A DNA stretch of 64,000 bases, from NCBI RefSeq assembly GCF_009914755.1, contig NC_060933.1. The stretch is one strand, 5' to 3'. A program made the position numbers and the translations under genes. The notes below the pieces were generated by a model. That model saw nothing but the letters and a program-made list of their open reading frames with translations, was not told the DNA's origin and ran no database searches. Source of the stretch: the human T2T-CHM13v2.0 reference genome, Homo sapiens. Each line of letters begins with the position of its first letter. Within the stretch, counting starts at the first letter, position 1. Of the stretch, positions 54,052 to 64,000 are shown piece after piece.

Positions 54052-57000
54052 GATGAAGACCTAAATGAAGTAGAGAAACAAACTGCAGATATGGGGAAAA
54101 CATTCCAAGTAGAAGGGATGAATAGTAAATGCCAAGTCCTGAGGCACAGCTTGTTTGGCCCACTTGAGATACTGGGGGAAACCTGAATGGCCAAAGCTGA
54201 GAGAAGTAGCAGAAGGGGAATACTTGGGACCAAGACAAGTAGAGCTTTATGAACCAGATAATGACTTTGGATTTTGTTCTTAGTGTGATGAGAAGCCATT
54301 AGAGGGTTGAGTGAAGGGAAAGGATATCCAACGAGAACCTCCTGCCCTGTGTCTCATGAAGAGGCAGTATTTCAAGAAGAGGCTTAAAGCTGAGAGTGTT
54401 TTGCTAATCAGTGAAGATGTGACTAATGAGCTGCTGGGGAAGTCAAGCCTTCTGTAAGTGAAAGTGTTTGCATTCATTGTACTCATAGGTACCTTCCCTA
54501 ATGGTGATTGTGAGCCAGGACACTAGTTAAATTGTAGCTACTTAGAAGTGGTAATTCATGGCACACTTAATGATTTCTTCCTATGTTTAATGACATTAAT
54601 ATGTTCAATCATCATTTAAAAATTATCTTTCTTAGCTCTAAAGTAATAATTGCAAGAAATGCATTAGGGTACTGGTATATGGGGGTTGCATAGGGAGAAA
54701 GAAGGAATTTTGAAGAAAGGTTTAACAAGAATTTAAAATATTTAGATGAATGGAGATATTTATATCCAAATATATTCATGTTCTTATAATATCCTTCTTA
54801 TAAGAACTTTTCAAATTCTTCTACTTGAAATATATAATTTTTAAATCACTGATTATTGAAGAGTAGGAGTAAACTCTTGCTTTCTGTTACCTAGGGCAAA
54901 GCATATCTTGGTTCATTTCTGGGAGATAGAAAAAAGCTCTAGTCTAATTGATTTTTCCAGAATAGAAAAGGAAAATAATTTCTTAACATGTTCAACTGTA
55001 TTAAAATTTATATTAAAACCAATATAACTAAGATTATCTAAAAGGCAGTGAGAAAGGGAACATATCTATATCTATACACACATAATGGTCAGTATCCCGA
55101 ATATGTAAGGTATGTGTATAATTATACAAGAACTAACCTTTATTTGGATAAATGGCCAAAGGTTAGGTACTATCATTTTTATACATGAAAAGGACCAACA
55201 TAGACAAAAGTAATCATCCATAGTAATAGTAAAAGCAATACAATCTGAAGTAACTGAGTCTTAAGAAATAAAATGATAAGTTACAATGTTGGCATGGCTG
55301 TGTAGAATTTGGTATTTGTAGATTTTTGTTAGCTTTCAAATTAGTATATACTTCCTAAAGGGTACCAACAATATTTAACAAAAGCCATTTCATTGAATAT
55401 ACCCGTAGATCCAGTAATTTCCCTTTTCAAGGGAAAATAAGTCAAAGGAGAAAAAAAAAATCTTGTTAGAACAACATTCATTATAGTCATGAAAGGCTAA
55501 AAATGACTTCGATATCTAACATTTGGGGAAATGATTAAACAAACCATAATAATTCATAACAATAGAATATTACTTGCAGATAGAATATTATGGAGAAGTC
55601 TGTGTGAAATTAAGTGAAAAAAGAGACATAATGTTGTGAAAGACTGTTTATAAGCAAGTACACTGATCAGGATGAAAAAGCATAGAATGGTTACATACAA
55701 TTTGCATTGATGATTTTGTTTACCTTTTAATTGTGTATTTGGCTGCATATGAATATGGCATGAAGAACAGAAGAAAATATAATTCACTTAAAGGAGGTAT
55801 ATCATAGGATATAGAAAATAATATCCAGGGTCAACAAGATTTGGAGCACCTGATACGAACAGCCAGGAAATGGGATGCCAATGAGGGTCTACTCTATGCT
55901 TCCAATGAAAGTGAGGATGGAGTAATTGAAGAAATACTCCTCAAGACTAATTGAAACTAACATTCATTCCCAAAAAGTAAGCCATGTCAGCAGATGAGAT
56001 TTATTTTTGGATTAAAAAATAACTTCACAGAAACTTTTAGATCTGTTATCGCGGCCCATATCCAGTTACAACATTAAATTTTTTTCTATATAGAAACAGA
56101 TTTCTAAATTCTTAACAGATATCACACTTTGAGTAATGTCATATACAAGTAAATTGCAGAAAAGCAGAGAATTTCAGCCAACAGAAGTCACTGTAGTGGA
56201 CTTTGACCTGGACTTTGTTGTGAAATAAAACTCTTGAGCTTGTCACACCAAGTTGTATTGGAATGGGACAATAAATTCCAAAGATTCATTGAGTCCTTAA
56301 AATGGGTGGGTAGGCTTTATGTATATGCTGGGTACAAATTCAAATCGACTAGGTTGGAAACAAGAAAAGGATGAATGGATTTCATGATTGTTTTGAATTT
56401 AGAATTTTGAATACAGTTATCCAATATTTCTTCTCCCCTCTTTTCATGAGAAAGGATTACCCTGAAATGGGGCCAGGCAGGCCACTGGTTTCCTTGAAGT
56501 CTTAGTTGAAATATGCTTCTTCAATCATTAACCAGTAAACAGATATGACTTCCATAATCTTCACTGTCAAGGAAAGTTACCTTTAGCACATGCCTGTGGA
56601 TCCCTTTCAATATGTGTGATAATTTTGGTTTCAAGGGTCATGTGTTATGGTCAAGTGCTGCTTCAGAATCTTAGAGGCTGTTCTAGAACGCTTGATGTCT
56701 AAAGCTTGCCATGTTTCAATTTAACATCAGTTTGTGAATATCTGTTGTGCCAATATGATTTCTGGTATCCCTGATGTCTGGATAGGACGTATATATTTTG
56801 TGGGGAAAACAGAAGAGGTGAAGCTAACACTGCATTGTGTACACTGGACAGGATCAGTGATGATCCAGTTCCTTTGTCTTCCCAGCAAATAACAGCCTCT
56901 GAAATGAGGCTGATGTTGACCACTTCCATAGATTATTGAGAGGGTTAACCGAGATAAAGGAATATGGGTGGCAGGAACTAAGTAAATGCTACTTCCTTTC

Positions 57001-58463
57001 ACTTTTTATGTGCAAAGTATTTTGAAAGGTGCGGAGGGCAAAGGGGCTAACGTTTTAGACTGAGTGGGTGGTTGGGGAGGCAATCGCAAAAACAAATGTG
57101 TGATCCTTGCTGTCAGGGAATTTGCAACAGGTTGGAGGAGCCAGGCAAACACACTCAATTAGGGGAAGATAATGCAATTAAAAGAAAGGTGGTAAAAGTA
57201 CTGAATGTGGCTGGAGTTAGACAGCCTTAGGATTGCAAATTAAGCCTTTGAGGTTAGTGCATGTGATGGTTTGTATAACCCAAATTTGAAGAAAGGCTGG
57301 TACACAGGGCAAATGCATACTAGGAAAATACTCTGAGAGACAGTCACACACTTTAAAAAGTGATAAAATGTTGTAATTATACTGTTTACTTTTGAAAACT
57401 GCCTATTGTTCACTTCACTGTATTTCAGGAAGCATTTTATAATAAGCAAACTGCAACCCTTTTTTAATGTGTGTGGAAGGAGGTGTGGGAAGTAATGGCG
57501 TTGACTCTCAGCCACTTCTGGCTGGTCTCTGTCTTCGAGGGATTCCTGAGCCTCCACCGAAGCACCATGGGTGGGGCTGCTGTGAACTAGTCACGAGCTA
57601 GATTTGCTTGCTAGCCACTCCTGAAATTCTTACTGTGATGTTGGAATAGGGAGGTGGAGGAAATAAGTGTTTTATTTATACCTCTCCTTTGGGACTTACC
57701 ACCTTTCAAGGTGTAGTTTCAGTTATTTGCAGGTGTGTCTTATCTTCCCTGTTGGATTGTAAATTGCTTGCGGGAGGAAGGGTCTCTCGTTTATTTTTCA
57801 ATAAACAAAATGTTGTCAAAAGGAATTCCCTTTACTCCAAAGTCTTGCTGATTGAATTACATGGATCTTTTTTGTTGTTGTTTATTTAATAGCACTATTC
57901 AAGAGTATCTGAAACTATATCAGTATTCATTTAGTCTTTGGCATATTTGGGATTCAAAGGAAATTCATTCTCTTCCCACGTCTAACTTGTACTCTCCCGG
58001 TGTTAGGGATCAACCACAGCATGTTTTAGAGTCTTCATCTATATCCCTCTGGAAATTCAGAACTTTGACCACCTACTGTTTGTGCAGAGGAGATCAGAGG
58101 AGGCACTTGTCTCACATCTGATAGCTAAACCAGATACGTGGGTCTGGTAAACAGAAGCAGGTGGAACCCAAAAGAAGACAAATTGACACATCTAACAAAT
58201 GTAAGAAGGCCATTGTTTTCCCTGGGCATGGCTTTTTGGGAGAGCTCAGAGTTAAGTAGCAGTTGACATGACAGAAATGGCAAGAACACAGTGGAGTAGA
58301 AAGGTCTGCTGTCCCTGAGGCAAAGCCGGGTAATTCTTTCTTGGAAAGAGTGGGCATTACAATTGATTACTGGCACAGTGGGCAGGCATCCATGAAAAGC
58401 TCATAATCCGTTGCTGGTGATGTGGAGGTGGGTTGGGGGGGGGGCGGCGCGGTGGGAGATGAT

Positions 58464-58488
58464 GATGATGATGACGACGACGATGATG
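58464..58488. repeat. Compound (GAT)n(GAC)n(GAT)n microsatellite
   Basis: gatgatgatgatgatgacgacgacgatgat (full run starts ~58458). Confidence 0.85.
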
Positions 58489-58941
58489 TGGTTGGAACCT
58501 GTACCAATTTTGATGCTTTGCACATCCATTGAATTTTGGTGCCCTCTTCCTCATAGCAGAAGGGAAAGTTATTTGATCTAGGTGTGGGCCGCAAGGTGAT
58601 TGTAAATGCTCATGTACTTGTGTAGTTGAATTGGTGGTAACTTATTTTTAGAAGTCCTCTAAGAAGCCAACCATCCAACCACAAAATTTCCAGTGGGAAA
58701 TGAGAAGCAGATTGCTGAAGAGAACCTTGCTGCTTGCCGTCTGTACACATGCAGTATGGCACTAGGTGCTGGTTATTCCTCCAGTACAATGGTTAATCTC
58801 TTGCCTGTTCCACCAAAGCGTGTGAGCCAGGCTGGCATTGGGCTCCAAACTGCAGAGCCTTGCATATTTCGTTTTTCTCTGTTTGTTCATTTTGTGTCTA
58901 CCAGTCTAACTGGTTGACGTGTGAAGCAGTGTGAAGAATGA

Positions 58942-59447
<506 letters not shown>

Positions 59448-60624
59448 AATACTTAGACTCTTTAAAGGATCATTTAACTAGTATATTTATTAGGAGGCAG
59501 TAGAATGTATTGTGGTGATTAAGAGCTTGAATTTGGGCTGAAATTCTGGCTCTGCAACTTCCATGCAACCCCACGAAAGTCACTTAGCTACTTTATTCTT
59601 CAGCATTTTCAGCTATAAAATGGGGGTAATTATATTCCTACCTCATTGACTTATTGTTAAAAACTCAATGTTAAGTACTCAAATTCTTGCTAATATTTAT
59701 TGGACAATTTGATTGATCAAGGCACAAAGTATATACAGAAAAGTAGATGAAGTTCACCCCATTAAAGAGTTTACTACAGTGTTGTTGAGGAAATACGCAT
59801 GTGAGACACAACCAACTGCCTGGGAACTCAAAGTGAGACAGGTTTTATTAGAGTTCAGAGGAGAGAAAGATCACTCCTATGTAGGAGGCACACAGAATTA
59901 ATAAAGCTAGAAGAAACAATAGAAAGGGAAAGATGTCTTAACTGGGAGGGAAGGACCATAAGAACAAAGGCTCAAAGCTACGTCCAACATATCTCTACTG
60001 CTTTGTTGAGTGGTTGACCAGTGAAGACTGCTGGTAGCAGGCAGATGGGTCCAGAATGTATAAAATGGACTGGATATAGAAGATCCTCCTCCTTTTTCTC
60101 TCTACTTATTTTTCCTCTAATGTGATGACTGCTACCTGCTCCCATGACATTTTGCTCAAATGGTCTTGAAACTCACAAGGATAAGAATGTCCCTCCAGTC
60201 TATACAAAAGGGAGAAACAGGATTGATAAGGAAGGAAGAACATGCTTATCTATAAATCCACAATCTGATGGAGGAACTATTCTGCAGAACATTTGGTGAG
60301 GTTAAAAGAAAAAGGAAAGCAGCCCATCATTTGATTGTTGTAGGAACCTTCTACTAGCCAAACAGATGGAGGCTGAGGCTGATCTGTTGATACTGGGCAA
60401 ATGGCAAAACTGGAAAAGGCAATAGGAGGTGACCATCTCAGCTTCTGCTGGCTGAGTAATTGGGCTAAAAACAACCTAGTGCCTTTCGGCCTATTTTTGT
60501 CACTTTTCAGAATACAACAAATAAATTGCTATATTGGATTTAACACCAACCATTAAGAAAGAATGACTTTATGGCATGGAAGATGGAGGAGCCTTTGATG
60601 ACAGTGGTCCTGATCTCTTGGAAG

Positions 60625-60825
60625 TTTTTTTTAACAAACTTTTTATATGAGAACATGTTTAGATTTAGAGCACTATTACAAATGTAGTGAGAGAATTCTT
60701 ATATACCTCATACCAGTTTCCCCTATCTTTATCTTATATTAGTACATACATTTGCCACAATTCATTAACTAATTTTGATATACTACTGTTAATACTTTAT
60801 TCAGATTTGCTGTTTTCCCCTAGTG

Positions 60826-60868
<43 letters not shown>

Positions 60869-60960
60869 GTGGTTGTTCTTGTTCCAGGATCCCATCTGGA
60901 ATACCACGTTATATTTGTCATTAGATTTGTCATGTCTACTTAGGCTCCTCTGGGTTATAA
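60625..60960 (-). mobile_element. L1MC-like 3' fragment with an internal T40 run (60828-60867)
   Basis: tttagattta...gagaattcttatatacc...ttccaggatcccatc...ttaggctcctctggg. Confidence 0.7.
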
Positions 60961-60971
60961 GTTGACCTCCT

Positions 60972-61212
60972 CTTGATCTCAGCTCACTGAAACCTCTGAC
61001 TCCCGGGTTCAAGCTATTCTTGTGCCTTAGCCTCCCAAGTAGCTGGGATTACAGGCATGTGCTACCACGCCCAGCTAATGTTTTGTATTTTTAGTAGAGA
61101 TGGCGTTTAGCCATGTTGGCCGAGCTGGTCTCGAACTCCTGGACTCAAGTGATCCGCTTGCCTCAGCCTCCCAAAGTGCTGGGATTACAGGCATGAGCCA
61201 CTGTGCCCGGCC
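60972..61212 (-). mobile_element. Alu lacking its 3' end and tail
   Basis: gatctcagctcactg...cactgtgcccggcc. Confidence 0.9.
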
Positions 61213-61214
61213 AC

Positions 61215-61800
61215 AAATAGATATTTTAAATATGACAATAATACATGCTTTGGAGAAAGGTAAAGCAGGATAAGGGAGTAGGGGGTTCTGAGGTGGAATG
61301 ATGGGACTGTTACTTATATACAGCAGTTGAAGAAAGCCCCATTGCTAAGGTGGCATTTGAGCAGAGACAGGGAGGAAGCAAGGGAATGAGCCATGCGCAT
61401 ACCACTAGGAAGAGTATTTCAGGCAGAGGGAGCAAACAGTGCAAAAGCCTGAAGCAGGAGTGGCTTGGAACACTCCAGGAACAGCAGGTTGGTCCATGAG
61501 CCTGGAGCAGGGTCAGCCAGGTAATGAGATGGAGTGAGTGAGGACAAACACAAATTTGGGCAGGTGGTGTCTGGGATGGAATCACGGAAAGCGCATGTGA
61601 GTGGCTGTCGTGGGAGCTGTGTACTGCTGTGGAGTTGGGCTATAGAGGTCCTTGTGGGGACTTGGTCTTTTTCTTTGAGGAGAGAGGAGCTATTGGAGGC
61701 TTTTGAGCAGAGGAATAGGGTCATCTGATTTCATATTTGAAAAGGACCACTCTGGTCACTCTGAATGTTGCAGAAGTAGAAAGACCAGTTAAAAAGTCTT
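61215..61800 (-). mobile_element. L2 remnant
   Basis: ggtggcatttgagcagagac...caggcagagggagcaaacagtgcaaaagcctgaagcagg...ttttgagcagagga. Confidence 0.75.
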
Positions 61801-61971
61801 TTACTCTACTAGTATATTTTATCTTAATCTATTAATCTTGATCTATTTGTATGCATATTTCACATGTAGTAATTGTGTACATACAGTTTTGCCATCTGTG
61901 TATTTTAACATTTTTTTTCTGTTGCTCTGTAGTCCTCAGGTTTATAACATTCAGTGGCTGCATAATAGTTT

Positions 61972-62439
61972 GTGTATTAGTCTCCTACTGCTGCTGTAAA
62001 AACTTACCACAAATGGAATGGCATAAAAGGATACAAATTTATTATCTCACAGTTCTGGAGGTCAGAGTCCTAAAATCAAGGTGTTGGCAGAGCTGCACTC
62101 CTTCTGGAGGCTCCAGGGAGAATCCATTTCCTTGCTTCTTCCATCTTTTAGAATCCACCCTCACTCCTTGACTCATGGCCTCTCACTCCATCTTTAAAGC
62201 CAGCAGCATCTTCAAACCTCACCTCTGCTTCAGTCACCACTTCTCCTATTCTGAACCTCCTGTCTCCCACTTCTACACACTTTTGTTATTACTTTGGGTG
62301 CATTTGGATAATCTCCCCATTTTGAGGCACTTAATTTAATTACATCTCGAAGATTCCTTTTACCATGTAAAGTAGTATATTCACAAGTTCTGGGGATTAG
62401 GATGTGGACATCTTTGGGGACATTATTCAGCCTACCACA
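61972..62439 (-). mobile_element. MLT1B/C-like LTR
   Basis: tgtattagtctcctactgctgctgtaaaaac...cacagttctggaggtcag...cattattcagcctaccaca. Confidence 0.85.
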
Positions 62440-64000
62440 GCTGATGTTTTGTAGTTTACTTAACCATTCCCATTGTTGAATACTTAGAAGGCATCCAGTT
62501 TGGGGCCATTTTGATATTCCTATACTTCCTATAATTATATACTTTGACCTTCTTTTCTTTCAGATTGTGTCTCTTAAGATAAATATCCAAGTTTAGGTTT
62601 CCTGGAACAAAGAGCATGAACATCTTATGTATTTGCTTCCAAATACAGTTAAATTATTGGTAAATATATAAGGATGTCAGTTTCCCTACAACGTCACCAG
62701 GTTTGCTTTCTGTCAATTAAAGGTGTGTTTCCAGTTTGTTACAAAATGACATTTTATTGGTGTGTTTATTTTATTTCCTTGCTGGCTAGGTTGAACCTTT
62801 TTGGAGTGTGCATGGCGGCATATGTCATTTGTATTTTGAGAATAGTGTTATGTTTATTTTGCTTTTTAGTTGTATCTGGAGCTAGAAGAATGGGGACAGG
62901 ATTAGACTATTGCTTAAGTAAGGGCATAAGGCTAGCATGAATAGATGATGTATGCAGAACTATGTTGCTTTCAATTCTCCATCAAAGGAAGTGATTTCCA
63001 AAATTAAAAGGGTGTTACTAAAAGGGATTTGGATGACAATGAAAGAAAATCCAGGTAATTTGAATGCATTTACCTCTCTGGGGCACACTGGATTGTATCT
63101 CAGGGTTAGCAGGGTTGAAGGAGTTAGCAGGCATCATCTTTGAGCCATTGCTGGTGATTGTTGAGTGAACTTGGAGAGTGGCAGAGGTTCCAGAAGACCA
63201 GAGATATGCAAATGTTGTTCTATATAGCTTTTGACAAAGTTGAATTCCTAAAACTTTCAATGTGTGAAATGCACCCTTGCAAAATTTCTGAACTATCATC
63301 ATATAAATTATTTAGGAGTCCAGAGAAGAGATTGCATTGATCCTTAGGAACCAGCATAAATCTACTAATGCGTAGTGACCAATTGTCACATTTTCTTTTA
63401 TAAAAGGGGCTTCTATATTGGAAGATAATGCCAAAGACATCAAAGCATTTGACAAATATCTCTCACCGGTCTCCTTACGCACATAATAGAGAGATGTTGG
63501 AGGATGACAGAATAATGCAATAAATTCATAGCTGATTCTATTCATATGCCATAACATAGGTAATGACTGAGTGTTCGTCAGCCTAGAAAGAGGTTTCTAG
63601 TGGCAGGTATTTAGGGTTTTCTTGGCCCCAAACTGAAGCAGGATCCTTAGAACTTGGATAGAGATCTGAAAAATTCATATGTATGTGGCTGATGATGTAA
63701 ACCTATAGAATAAATCTTCATAATATGAACTATGAAAATAGGCCAACACCAACTAGGTACATTTAACAGAAATAATGAGAACTTCTAAAATTGAGGTTGT
63801 ATTTATAATTGAAACAACAGTTGATTTTCTTTATTTTTGGCCGTCTTGAATTTCACCAATTAAAAACAGTAACACTTGTATAGTGAAAATGACTTTTTAA
63901 GGTTAATTCATGTATGGTAGGAGAATGCTGGGTCCACCTACATATGGTTGCTATGAGAGCATGCTATAATAAAGAATTGCTGGACTGAGAGGAAAAGATG

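Noticed and set aside
58357-58594. His/Pro-rich and Ser-rich ORFs on the minus strand
   Set aside because: Produced by the GAT/GAC repeat and the G run; no splice or domain support.

Overview
Human (primate) genomic DNA, repeat-rich, with no supportable protein-coding exon. Bases ~1-30,290 are intergenic sequence made largely of old SINE/LINE/LTR/DNA-transposon remnants. A CpG-island promoter (~30,290-31,700) carries a non-coding first exon ending at a strong + strand donor (GAG|GTAAGT, 31280/31281); the remaining ~33 kb read as intron 1. From memory, the exon matches the 5'UTR of PIP5K1B (chr9q21); this was not verified by a search. Repeat family calls and most boundaries are by eye and approximate. 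I found no convincing new gene or biological system. The most notable observations are: (i) a 5'-truncated L1PA carrying an apparent ~100-bp 3' transduction inside a perfect 16-bp TSD; (ii) a ~130-bp inverted templated insertion copied from ~1 kb upstream and bracketed by a 36-bp duplication; (iii) a 4-codon uORF whose stop codon lies between two tandem splice donors of exon 1; (iv) a perfect, recent 81-bp tandem duplication; (v) an intronic GATA/half-E-box/AP-1/C-EBP motif cluster in a block interrupting an L2.
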